A stretch of 20,000 nt of DNA from Acanthaster planci (lineage: Eukaryota): the NCBI RefSeq assembly GCF_001949145.1, contig NW_019091360.1, positions 4,004,925 through 4,024,924 of the forward strand. The letters run 5' to 3'. Below the pieces are notes generated by a model. That model ran no database searches. It had not been told where the DNA came from and saw only the letters and a program-made list of their open reading frames with translations. Below, piece after piece: positions 1 to 10,611 of this stretch (its first letter is position 1; every line of letters starts with the position of its first letter). The position numbers and the translations under genes were made by a program.

Positions 1-838
1 AAGATGATTAATCCTTACGTTAACTTTTCTCATCATAAAAACAAATAAATTTGTAGCACAAATAGTCTAAATCGTGTATTATGCTTGTTAGTGCTTTGGA
101 AAAGGGGATCAGGTGGTTTGAAATAACTGTTGACCATTTCCTATTCCCTAGATCCCCCTCCCTTGAGAAATTTCTCTGTTTCAGGATAAAACTTTCGACC
201 ACCCCTCTGATATTAGGAAAGGTATAGGGAGCCATTGAGTCACTCTTGCTATATATCTCTCTTTAATTCAGACTAGTGACTTGCTGAATTCATACTCTGG
301 GCCTGAAGGCAATAACCAGTCAATAGAAGGCTTCCTTCTGTCCAATGAAGGCCCCTATAAGTCTCAGTTCAAATGTCTTCAGGAGTTGGACCAGGCTACA
401 GTACATAAATTTCCCAGTAGTGGTTGCCTGAAAGTTTACATAGCCCTACATACCACCAGGTTGTTGTGAAAGTCGGACGATATGTGAATTACTTGGCTAT
501 GTCTAACTTAAATATTCACAAATATACAGCAAGTGGATATTGCCACGACTTGATGACTTTTTACTAGCCATGGCAACTAATGTAAACATAGCCTCACATC
601 TTGGTTTTTGTGAGTCCAAAGATGTTCTTTGTGACTGTGAACAAAAATCCCTCAAGCAATGATTTGTGAATTTGTTGACATTTTACCACAGTAGCGGCTC
701 AGGCTGGTTTTGAAATAAAAACATTTGTACTGCCTAACACAGCAGGTGTCCATGTGGAACACATAAATGGTTATCAGTTTATCTCGACTAAATATATTGT
801 GAACAGAGAACAATATTCTTTTGGTTCATATCCTTTAG

Positions 839-1040
839 GTTCACAGCCTCTTAGCATAGAAGCAATCGCTAAATTCCAGACATTATCAAGAAGTTGCAGT
901 CTTGATCAAGATCATAAATCTTCCTCACGGGAGGTGATACTTGAGAACTTCCCAGACGGAGGGATTGAACAAACGATTGATTTGACGCTCAAGGAGAGCT
1001 TGCCGCAGAAAGCCTATGATTTCAACATTGAAATTGGGCG
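839..1040 (+). CDS. Obscurin/SPEG/UNC-89-like kinase, internal exon (linker and start of C-terminal kinase domain); gene begins upstream of the window
   Basis: Acceptor tcctttAG (837-838) and donor GTgagt (1041). Encodes ...LTLKESLPQKAYDFNIEIGR, which resembles the start of the SPEG/obscurin second kinase domain. The phase-2 end (cg) joins the next exon to give EIGRGRYAVVRKC. Confidence 0.85.
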
Positions 1041-1432
1041 GTGAGTGACAATTAACTTGCTGTGTTTAAAAGAATGTTGTCTCTTTCAACTCTGCACTGA
1101 ACACATCCGAATTTTGGCAGTGGGTTGCGTTCTAATTGCTTGACATATTGTGAAAGACTGTCTCCGTAGATAAAAATATCCATTTGGATAGCAACAGGGA
1201 AGGCAAACTGAAAAAATGGTTACTGGCAAAATTTCATCAACACCAAGATGAAGACAAGAAAGTAAAATTCAGAGAGCTGCTTTGTGAATCTTTTAAAAAG
1301 CAGAGAAATTATTGGATTGTGATTATGGGATGCTAGTAGCATGAATCATCAAGGGATTAGAACAATAAGGTCAGAGCAAGGCAAATGGACACCTGTGTAT
1401 GTGAGACGTGTGATCTTTTCTATCCATGACAG

Positions 1433-1902
1433 GGGTAGATACGCTGTGGTGCGGAAATGTTACAAGTACAGCACTGGATTAGAATATGCAGCCAAGATAA
1501 TGCTCTCGGCAGAACCTGTGAATAAACAGAATCTTCTGGAATATGAAATCTTGAAAGAACTCAACCATCCAAACATTGTACAACTCCGCGATGCTTTCTT
1601 GACAAAACGGTTCTATGTACTCGTGATGGAACGGTACTACGGGGGAGGGGTGATGAGCCACCTCATCCAGAAGGACAAATACACAGAGCAACAGATTGTA
1701 CGATTGGTGAGACAGCTACTGAGCGTGCTCAGTTTTTTGCACCAGAGGAATATCGTTCATCTGGACATGAGGCACGACAACATCGTTTTGGAGAGCAGGA
1801 GGAGAGACGCACTTCGCGTCATTGATTTTGGGTCAGCGAGGAGAATGGAATCAGATGATGGAATGAAGATGGAAGGATTGGATTCACCACCAGAATTTAT
1901 GG
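1433..1902 (+). CDS. Obscurin/SPEG-like kinase exon, subdomains I-VIII
   Basis: Acceptor gacAG (1431-1432) and donor GTaggt (1903). Contains GRGRYAVV (Gly loop), YAAK, LNHPNIVQL, HLDMRHDN, IDFGSA and PPEFM. Confidence 0.95.
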
Positions 1903-2285
1903 GTAGGTAGTTAGTTTCACTGATTCAATATTTACTTGTTTATTTTTCCAAAATTAAAGTTCCCAATTTATCCACAGCTGATTTGGTTCAGTAGCTACTT
2001 AGGACACAACTAACTCATTGCAGTTTTCCAGTTTCACATTTTGGATGGTTTTATCATTGTTTTGGGAAGTATTTGACTATTCAGATTTTCAGGTAAATAA
2101 TTTATTCTTTAAAAATAGAACTGTTTCACTTGCATATTGTTAGCAGTTGAAAGTTCTTCAACTTTGTTAGGTGGTTTTGTTTTTATTTTTTGATTGATTG
2201 ATGCTGATTAATTCTGACTTTCTAAAGTTTTGCAAGTGTAAACTTTTTGTTGCCTATTTTCTTTGTTATTGTGCTTTTTTTGTAG

Positions 2286-2361
2286 CTCCTGAGATAGCGT
2301 CTGATGGATTGATAGAATATGAGACAGATCTTTGGGCCCTTGGCGTCATGATCTTTGTCTG
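2286..2361 (+). CDS. Obscurin/SPEG-like kinase exon, subdomains VIII-IX (absent from the ORF track)
   Basis: Acceptor ttttgtAG (2284-2285) and donor GTgagt (2362). Encodes (A)PEIASDGLIEYETDLWALGVMIFV(W); phase 1 in, phase 2 out, matching both neighbours. Confidence 0.93.
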
Positions 2362-2551
2362 GTGAGTCCTTCCTTAGATAAGTTAGATAGTCTTCTATTG
2401 ATTTCAAACCACTTCAATCTGAATAAGTTGACTTACTGTTGTTCAATCAGTGCACTTGAGAGCTCTTTTGTAGAATGTCAAAAAACATTATTACAGGGAA
2501 ATTTCTGACAACAAAGTACCATCTTGCATCTTTTCTCCTCTTGCTACTTAG

Positions 2552-2701
2552 GTTGAGTGGAACATCTCCTTTCCTTGGACGCAATCGAGAGAAGACAATC
2601 TACAACATCACCAGGTTGAAAGTGAACAGGAAACATCTCTTTAAGAATTGCACAGCTGAGGCCAAGCAGTTCATCTGGGCAATTCTGCAGAAAGAACCAA
2701 T
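2552..2701 (+). CDS. Obscurin/SPEG-like kinase exon, subdomains IX-XI
   Basis: Acceptor ctacttAG (2550-2551) and donor GTaatt (2702). Encodes LSGTSPFLGRNREKTIYNI...AEAKQFIWAILQKEP; 150 nt, phase 2-2. Confidence 0.93.
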
Positions 2702-3076
2702 GTAATTAGAAGCCTTTAATCTCACCTTAACCTTTCAGCATGAAAACCAAATGCATCTGTTAATGTGGGGGGGGGTGGAGGGCTAAAGTTCCTTTAGAAA
2801 AGCCTTTCCTCCAGACCTCTTTGATTGAAATTTCTTTGTCCTCAGTCCTTGGGCAAAGTGGTTTTTATAACTCCATTTGTTTCTTAGCATGGGTGTATGC
2901 CTCCTTCCTGCTGATGCCCATGTCTCATTCAACCACCCCTTTTTGAGAGTTCCTCAGTTTACCCCCCCCCTTCATTTTGTCAGGAAATGTAGAAGGTAGT
3001 GCTTTGGACAGATTTTCTTTGTTAAACTACATGTAATTTGATTAAATACTGACAGGTTTATTGTTTGTTTGGTCAG

Positions 3077-3353
3077 TGATAGGCCATCAGTTGATGAGTG
3101 TCTTGCCAGCCCCTGGCTCAGCGATACTCCAGAGATGAAAGCCAAGCGTGAGGCTGCTGTCTTCTCCTCCAGGAAGCTCCGAACACAGCGTACAGAGTAC
3201 AAGTTCCGCTTACTAGCACAGCAAACAAGAGCAGACATGTCACTGAGAAGGTACTCCTCAACGATAGAGCTGAAATCACCGGGAGCGACTGTATCGCCCA
3301 AACCCAAAAATGGAGTTCTAAACTCACTGGTTTATCCGAAGGTCCAGACTTAA
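3077..3353 (+). CDS. Obscurin/SPEG-like kinase, terminal coding exon
   Basis: Acceptor ggtcAG (3075-3076). Encodes DRPSVDECLASPWLSDTPEMKAKREAAVFSSRKLR, resembling the kinase-2 end and regulatory tail of SPEG/UNC-89. Stop TAA at 3351-3353. Confidence 0.9.
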
Positions 3354-4402
3354 TGAATGTGTCGTGTGACATTGGTCACATGATCTGGTGGTAGTCACAT
3401 GACCAGGAAGCCATTATATATGGTAGCCTGATTTTTCCTGAGTTTTTCTAAACCTGAACCTGTCAGCATCATCAACACAAGTGCAACAAACCAGTGGCAT
3501 AATGGCACATTTACTGTACTGAAATGATGTAAACTCCTATTTATTGATTATTGAAGCTGATACCTATCGTTAGGACTCAACTGATATCCAGCAAAACCAC
3601 ACAGAGTTTGAGGATTTGGTGTGGTAAGGTTAAAAGTTTTGGGAATTACTATAAAAGTCACACATTAGGCCGCATAAAACTGGCATCTTAGCATGGTTTG
3701 CAGTTCCGTGTCATCTTGAAGTTTGATCAAGTGGAAGAATACCGTTGTGGGCCACTTGGGGCTAATGTGTGTCACATAGGAGCAATCTTTGAATAATCCT
3801 GCTCAAAGTTGCCATCTACAAGAGTAATGTATTGCTGAAGTTGGCAGTTGTTGCTGTGAGGCCGTTTCCTAAATCTTTCCTTGAATATTCCAGTTGACAG
3901 AGTGCAGTGTTTGCTGTATTGAGTAGTGTCGACACCAAAAATTCACTTTTTTTCATTGGAAGAATATATAATTTTAATGAAAATCAATAGTATACAAATT
4001 TGAAATCAACGTGGAATATGAGTGTAGCAAAATCAACTCTGTCTGTAATGGCTACCGTGGTTTGCTAAATGCGTGACTTCGTCCAAATTATGGTCACAAA
4101 CTAAAGCCATTACACGTCCAAAAGCAGCGCCCATCAATCAGTTGAAACTGTGTAAAGATATCTACTGCTAAATCTCATATTTTCACTGCTGCGCTTGAAG
4201 GTGTTGAACAGTGAAACATTTGGCAACAAAGGTATCTTGATCCATACAGCAAACAGGGCACGAAACTCACTCCAACTGGGACAAACGTTATTGATCATAG
4301 CACCGACAGGATTCATAAATTTGTAGTATAGCTTACTTGCCATAACTGAATAATTCAACTTGTGCAAAACCTGTATGTATACCAACTGATGATGATATGT
4401 TT

Positions 4403-4430
4403 TATATATATATATATATATTATATATAT
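4403..4430. repeat. (TA)n microsatellite, one interruption
   Basis: tatatatatatatatata-t-tatatatat read directly. Confidence 0.9.
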
Positions 4431-5356
4431 CTACTGAATGTTACATAATGATTAATTCATGCAGAAATATTGTACATGATCTCTATGAGTGTTCGTAGCA
4501 TTATTATAGCACTTTCAGATGCATGTATGGAGTGAAATGTTAGGAATTTGCTAGAAATACTTCTCACTCAAAGACTCAGTGAATATTGGGTTTTATTGAA
4601 CTGTAAATTGAAGAGGCTGCAGGCATTCAACTGGAATATTGTATTCCATTTATCAGTAAAATTATAAAAGAGACAGGAAGGGTTTTTCTAATGCCATCTG
4701 TCATTTGGATATTATATTCGTTAACACCTACATGTACTTTGGTGGTTGATTTTAAGGGCAGATCCAGAACAGCCAATGAGGGACACGCCCCTACGACAGA
4801 GCCTTATTATTTCATTTTTTTGGGTAAAACAATGAAAGAAGATTTTTGGTCAATATTATTTCCAAAAGCATGTAAAAAAGCCCTAAAATGTAGCCTCACC
4901 CGTCAGAAAGGCCACAAAAGGTTACAGATGAGAAAATTCCATATGATGATTTGTCCCCCAGAAAGAAGCCCCCCCAGGAAATTTGGTTCTCACTGGATCC
5001 ACCCTCGAGCTGTAGGAATTACAAATTGTCTCATTGTCACTTTGACATTGAGCAACTCTAACAAAACAAAAACGAAACAAGAAGCAAAACAAAGTAAAGT
5101 GCACAGCATGAAACCCATGACAAATAAGTTCACCTTTTTCAAATGATAAAAACCATATTGGAATGCATCTCTTTTATACCAAGAAGATAAGATTTACTGT
5201 AGACTATGTAGATATTCCTTCTGTTTGAGAAGTAGATATATTGATAATGAAATTGAGATGTTGATTTTACTTCTGTGTGCTGAATACTCTGTATGATTTT
5301 GGCTTATGTTGTCAGTTTCATGGCTTGTAGATCAACAATTCCTTCAGTTGTAGATA

Positions 5357-5535
5357 CAGTCCAACCTCGTTAATAAGAGCACTGTTAGTTAATGCAAGAT
5401 TCTGCTTATAACAAGGAAAATTTTAGGTCCCAATCCTTTGTTTTTCCTTGTTTTTATTCCTGATAATACATGGTTCCTGTTATAACAAGGTAATTTGCAA
5501 AGTCCAATGGATCTCTTATTAACGAGGTTTGACTG
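5357..5535. mobile_element. Tc1/mariner (pogo/Tigger-like) MITE, 179 bp
   Basis: 23-bp TIRs cagtccaacctcgttaataagag / ctcttattaacgaggtttgactg with 1 mismatch. TA on both flanks (5355-5356, 5536-5537). Internal repeated ttataacaagg motif. Confidence 0.9.
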
Positions 5536-5600
5536 TAATCCAGTCAAATTTCACTTCTTAGAAGAAGATTGGATACTTGATATCATGAACTGATTGTTGC

Positions 5601-5606
5601 AATAAA
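5601..5606 (+). terminator. Candidate polyadenylation signal of the kinase gene
   Basis: First canonical AATAAA I found after the stop at 3353, with T-rich sequence downstream. It would imply a 3' UTR of about 2.3 kb; no transcript evidence. Confidence 0.3.
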
Positions 5607-5839
5607 GATGGCAGATTATGTGCTCGTAAAACAGGTCTTGGAAAGTGATTCATTTGGCAGTCAATATGGAATTCGTCTTTAAAAACTGACATAAGTTATT
5701 TGCTTTTGCATTTTTAAGATTTATTTTTTTAATTAAAAGCTGAACAAGGAACATTTTAGGGGAAGAAATGGAATTCTCTTTGTTTTCTTAGAGCAGAACA
5801 GGGACTATTTTGTGTTGCTTTTAAAAGGGGAAAGTTTTG

Positions 5840-6505
5840 AAATGCGTCATTGAACTTGAGGTTTGGCTCAGAACTTCTTTACAATAAGCTTGGGGCGGGA
5901 GTCTAAATTCACAAGTGGCGTCTGTTGGTCATTTCAAAAGCCGATGCTGAATAGAACTTATGCTCGAGGCTTGAGAATGGGCCAGTTTCCAGTTTTTTAT
6001 TTGGGTTTGAAACAATTTCAATTTGTCAAAATTCGCAAATGGGAAGAACATTTTAATGTCAAAGCATCTCAGTGCGAATTTGGCCCGAATCACTTGGCTG
6101 CGGCTTCGAATGTATACTATGTGTGTTACTCAAGCCACAGCCAACAAACTCGGTTACGTCTTACGCCCCTGTGAAAGAACTGTTCCAAGCTAAAGAGGGC
6201 GCTATCACTTTGTCCCCGCCCTGTTCGGGAATGGGAAAGAATCTTCAATTGGGAATATTTACAGCAGCATGGCGCGTGGTTCAAAAGGAAAAATTTACGC
6301 TGACGGACTTTCGAGTGGTTTCTTGGCTATTTGAGTATTCTTCGAGCGGAATTTGGCAGGTAAGGCATACAGATAAATCGTAGCATGTTATGGAAGTAAA
6401 GTAGGTCAAGGAAATGCTCCCGTTTCATCATTCGACACTTTTTTTAGTAGGCCCTATGTTTTGCAATTACAACATGGCGGCCATCACCTGGCCATGGCGG
6501 CCCAC
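5840..6505 (+). promoter_or_regulatory. CpG-enriched promoter-like region with candidate first-exon donor
   Basis: Local CpG increase; GC boxes ggggcggga (5892) and ccccgccc (6214); strong donor CAG|GTAAGG at 6359/6360; YY1-like aacatggcggcc (6471) and ccatggcggcc (6492). Part of this could be repeat-derived. Confidence 0.35.
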
Positions 6506-6760
6506 AGTCGTCACACCTGGCACCTGCACACTGCGTAGCGCAGCCTACATACACAAAGAGTTCCATCTACGGAACGTAAGGCCCCTGTGGACAAACCTAT
6601 GGGATTCCACTTGTCTGAAAAAAAACCACGTGTTTTCTAAATACATACTCGAAACGCCGCTTAATTGAAGAATAATTAATTCCTGTCGATAGAATAGGCT
6701 TTTATGTACAAAAACATATCCGTAACTTGAACTGCTGACATGGCCGGATTCGTTTACCTC

Positions 6761-7125
6761 AAAGTTTTTGTTGCATATTTTCTTTGTCATTGTACTGTTT
6801 TTTTTTTTTTTTTTTTGGGGGGTAGCTCCGGAGATAGCGTCTGATGGGTTGATACTCAATGATAGAATATGAGACAGATCTTTGGGCCCTTGGCGTCATG
6901 ATCTTTGTCTGATGAGTCCTTCCTTAGATAAGTTAGATAGTCTTGTATTGATTTCAAACCAGTTCAATCTGAATAAGTTGACTTACTGTTGTTCAATCAG
7001 TGCACTTGAGAGCTCTTTTGTAGAATATCAAAAAACATTATTACAGGGAAATTTCTGACAACAAAGTACCATCTTGCATCTTTTCTCCTCTTGCTACAAA
7101 GGTTTAGTGGAACATCTCCTTTCCT
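6761..7125 (+). pseudogene. Unprocessed duplicate fragment of the kinase gene (copy of 2240-2575)
   Basis: Near-identical direct copy of intron end, the 76-nt exon, the full 190-nt intron and 24 nt of the next exon. Carries a 10-bp frameshifting insertion (6855-6864), and the donor is changed GT>AT (6912). Confidence 0.95.
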
Positions 7126-8306
7126 ATTTAATGGCAACCCAGTGTTTTCCACGGCAGAAAATTTTGGCAGGGCGGTAGACAAAATTGCGAAGCGAGAAGC
7201 ACAAAGCCCTTACATCGTGAGGGCCGGGGCTAGATGCTCTGTTGTGCATTCTGGGACAATTTCCAGTCCACTTTCGTCTGTAATTTGGCCCCAAATCTGA
7301 TTGCAATAACAACGTGAAATATTGGCTAGGATATTCTTCAGGAGGAATTTCTTCATCAAAAGATTTGATGATGAAACTATTTAATTTCCGGAGCATTTTT
7401 AGCAGAACCTCATGTTAGTGACTCGAGACATGCTTGAGATGAGCAAAGCATGCAGAGTAAAACAACCCTCGAAATGCGCCCTTGAATAAAAAAGGACAAA
7501 AGAAATATGTTCAGGCAAAGATAAGTTTACAATTTCCAGCTCACGTCATAAAAATGAAGCAACCCCTCCATCACCGTGGGTACCAGTCACGTGCATTGGG
7601 CAATACAATGTACGTGTACATGTACAAAACATACGCGATAGTTTTTTGGGACACGAGGTTGACTATGCATAACTGTAGGCAGCCAACGATCATTGTCAGT
7701 ACATCATAAGCGTCGTCACTAAACTCAGTCTTGTTTCGTAGGGTTTGTGCGCAAGGTTTCCAAATAAAAATTGCATATGAATTTGGAAAGAGTTCCATAT
7801 GCGGACATTTGACACCCCAGGCATAAATCCTTTAAGACTGGCCTAGAAAATTCTGGGTGTTTTCTACGTAACCGACTTGGTTTTTTCTTCCTTAAATTGA
7901 ACTTTCTGGACATGTTCTTGCTTTCTGATTGCTTATAGGTCACTGTAGGGAATACTTACATGCACTGGTGTCTAGATGCGTCTTTAATACATGTATGGAA
8001 CTCTTTCCATGAATTTTTTCCAGTTATAGGACTTTTGATGTGAACTAGCTCTTGATTTTTTTTTCAGAAATAATCTATTTGCTCTGTATTGTGACTTTAG
8101 GCCTACATGTACTAATTGGGACTTTTAAAAATTTTTTTGTTTTCTGGATATGAAATGCAGACCTACTGTGCGTGTGACACAATGTGGGACGTCCAAAAAA
8201 GGAAAGATATCATCCACCAGTAATCAACTGTTTTGTACAACTCTTTGAATTCAGTCCTGCTTGATTGACATGTTTAGTTTTCCTGTTAATTTAAGAAAAG
8301 CATTAA

Positions 8307-8357
8307 CCCTAACCCTCCTCAATCCTTCACCTGTTGGAGGACTGAGGAGGGTTAGGG
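8307..8357. mobile_element. 51-bp TTAA-flanked hairpin element (piggyBac-like mini-MITE), copy 1
   Basis: TTAA|CCCT...AGGG|TTAA; 23-bp arms with 2 mismatches around a cctgt loop; 44/51 identical to 10801-10851. Confidence 0.8.
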
Positions 8358-9140
8358 TTAAAACATACACATACAGTATTGTACTGTACTGCTGATGCCA
8401 ACATTGAATGATTTTGGGCAAGTTGTGTATGTGGGGTCATTATTGTAAGCCTGGAACTGATGTTTACAAGTTATCAAATTCAGACGTCTTGTCTGAATGG
8501 AAGACTTGTCTTTCCAGTTGACAGAGCTGATTGTTAAGTCATTTTGTCTTGGAGTTGCCTCCACAAATGAGTTGCAGAGTTGAGTTGTCAGTACCTGTGA
8601 ACTTTCCATTGGCTCATATTACATGTGTAACATGTGAAATTGAATAGGCACATTGAAAACGTAATAATCATAAAACAAAATGTTCATGCAGACTGTGACA
8701 TAAAAAAAATAGTTTGTTACTTTAACAGAATATAAAGTGCTTTTCCTGGCCATTCAAGTGAAAGGCTGTCCACCTTTTTTACTGCCAATGTGTCATTCCC
8801 TTGTGTCATTGCAGGATTTTGTTTTCTGGTGTTTAGATTTGTTTGGTTTTCTGGTCAAAAGTCAAGCCCACTGAACGGTTGTCAAGGCGTGAAAAAAGCA
8901 CTTGTGCAGCCACTGTGAAGATTTATGGTTTTGTCTTAAGAGAGAAGTTCAGTACAAAAATATGATCTCAAAATATCCCAATATACTCAAGTACTTTACC
9001 TGTTGCACTTCTACAATTGGAGCATAATAATTCCTATCATTGTTACAAATCGAAGCTTTTGAAAATGTGTCATGACCGCTACATGTATGTAATTGGTTTC
9101 ATTTTTCAGACTGTGTAATTTTGTCAACTTTTCTCCACAG

Positions 9141-9246
9141 ATGACTGATTACAAGTCCAGGTTGAAGCCATTCTTCATCACTCAGGTCATGGACCTGACA
9201 TCAAGTGGACATCAAGACTTTCCCACCATGTATCCATGAAATATTG
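9141..9246 (+). other. Exon-like segment of a putative degenerate gene or lncRNA
   Basis: Strong acceptor cttttctccacAG and donor tg|GTGAGT; all three frames contain a stop. Confidence 0.4.
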
Positions 9247-9713
9247 GTGAGTCTCTACATACACTTTGAAGTTTCTTCAGTTAACAAGCCCTTTGTCAGT
9301 TGAGTCAATGTATACCATTATGTTGGGTGAACTAATTCCATTTTTAGTGTCTCAAGAATGTTTCATATCGCTTCATATCATGTACATGCAGGCAGCTATG
9401 GATGTTTGGTTTAAAGGGGATGGGCCGCGCTGGGAAGATTTCTTGTAAAACATGCATCAGCACCTAACAAGAAAACACATGTGCATAATTTCAAAATGCG
9501 TGGAAATTATATATTAACAAAATTATAGTTTTCCGACCCTTTTTCACTCCCTTCTCGGAGCAAAAGCTAAACAGCCGTTGGGTACCAAAAGTTGTCTGAA
9601 GAAATTCCCAAGAATCGTGATGTTATAGGACGGAGTCCTTTATCCGGCGACATTTTACTGTTATGCAGTGACGCATCAACATGTACAGTGCAGTAGCATT
9701 AGCTTGTGTCATC

Positions 9714-9955
9714 ATGTCACATTCAAGCGACGATAATTCCAGCGTAATACTTATTCTGATCATGACAGCGATCATTTGTCATGTTCGTCTTATTCAATTG
9801 ATGAAGAAAGCGACGTTGAAGTAGCTGATGAGGCACAAGAAATATTGCCTTGCCAGTTTGAACCAGAATACACTCAGGAAGAGATTTTGCAACTCGAGGC
9901 TGTTGGCCACGAGCATGGCGGCTACCCTGAGGATTGACAACAAAACACTGACTGG
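9714..9955 (+). pseudogene. KolX / P2X7-C-terminal-domain-like N-terminal remnant
   Basis: With one early frameshift it reads MSHSSDD...SIDEESDVEVADEAQEILPCQFEPEYTQEE...PED*QQNTDW. This resembles the acidic leader, PYQFEP and R..NTDW(CxC) motifs of this family. TGA at 9935 plausibly derives from CGA. Confidence 0.65.
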
Positions 9956-9961
9956 AAATGA

Positions 9962-10041
9962 TTCTTTCCTGCATCATTATAAAACTTTGTCTTTCTGAAA
10001 AGACATAACAGCTGCCACCGACAACACAGTTTATCTTTCAT
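9962..10041 (-). pseudogene. THAP zinc-finger N-terminal remnant
   Basis: The minus strand gives NCVVGGS, then after a frameshift SFQKDKVL**, resembling THAP C-V-V-x-G-C ... F-P-K-D. Short and degenerate. Confidence 0.45.
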
Positions 10042-10611
10042 TCTTTCGAAATTCACAATTCGCGCTAGAAATTATTACATCTGTATGACCCGATGCAAAG
10101 CAAAATGAACTTGACACGTCAAGTCAGTTGTCCAATAGCTCTGCCCCATGTTGAGAGAAGGGCATAGGAAACAAGACCAAATGTGGTTGACTTAATGGGG
10201 TAACACGTACAAGTTACGTACCCGACTACACGCCAGAGCTGAGAGCAATTATTCTTGTGTGGACCGCTCTTGTCGGAACTACATGTATGCATTCTGGTCT
10301 GGAAAGTCGGGTCCGTCCAATGACGTCACATTTTTGCTGAGATTTGTCTGCTGCCCTCATTGACTGATTTTGATAATTTTTTGCAAAGAGCCCAGGCGAA
10401 GACTGAAAAAAGCACTTAGAAAACACCAATTTTTTGCTAATTTAATGACATGAGAGAGGGGCTAATCCAACTTATTGTATATAAGACGGTTGAAAACTGT
10501 CATATAACATCAATTTAACCCTACATGTACATGGTCCATCCCCTTTAAAGTACGTACGTGTACATGTACATAAACATACTCATAGTCAACATATTTTCAG
10601 TTGTTATTCAG

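Larger units (their letters stand above)
9415..10544. mobile_element. Internally deleted Kolobok-type DNA transposon, 1130 bp
   Basis: TTAA at 9411-9414 and 10545-10548. TIRs aggggatgggcc / ggtccatcccct with 1 mismatch. Purine-purine termini with a TTAA TSD fit Kolobok. Contains convergent KolX-like and THAP-like gene stubs. Confidence 0.8.

Noticed and set aside
1341..1432. N-terminal parts of the kinase ORFs in the track (also 754-838, 2475-2551, 3069-3076)
   Set aside because: Intronic read-through upstream of clear splice acceptors; the kinase motifs join correctly only through splicing.
1479..3372. Minus-strand ORFs 1479-1691, 2222-2407, 2972-3307 and 3118-3372
   Set aside because: Antisense shadows of kinase exons with no recognisable motifs.
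4691..5146. 151-aa ORF, and a TTAA-GG possible transposon end near 4752
   Set aside because: Low-complexity Lys-rich translation with no domain, and I found no matching second terminus.
5863..6859. Cluster of 84-104 aa ORFs
   Set aside because: No recognisable protein features; mostly non-ATG starts in promoter-like or repeat sequence, and one runs through the poly-T tract.
6761..7125. Processed retrocopy or second functional kinase gene
   Set aside because: It retains the intron, covers only about 100 nt of coding sequence, is frameshifted and lacks the donor. The T tract is the expanded polypyrimidine tract, not a poly(A) tail.
8303..8361. Interstitial telomere (CCCTAA/TTAGGG) or CRISPR-like repeat
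   Set aside because: Only 1-2 telomere-like units, which form the ends of a palindrome. Copies are kilobases apart with no spacer array or cas genes, in eukaryotic DNA.
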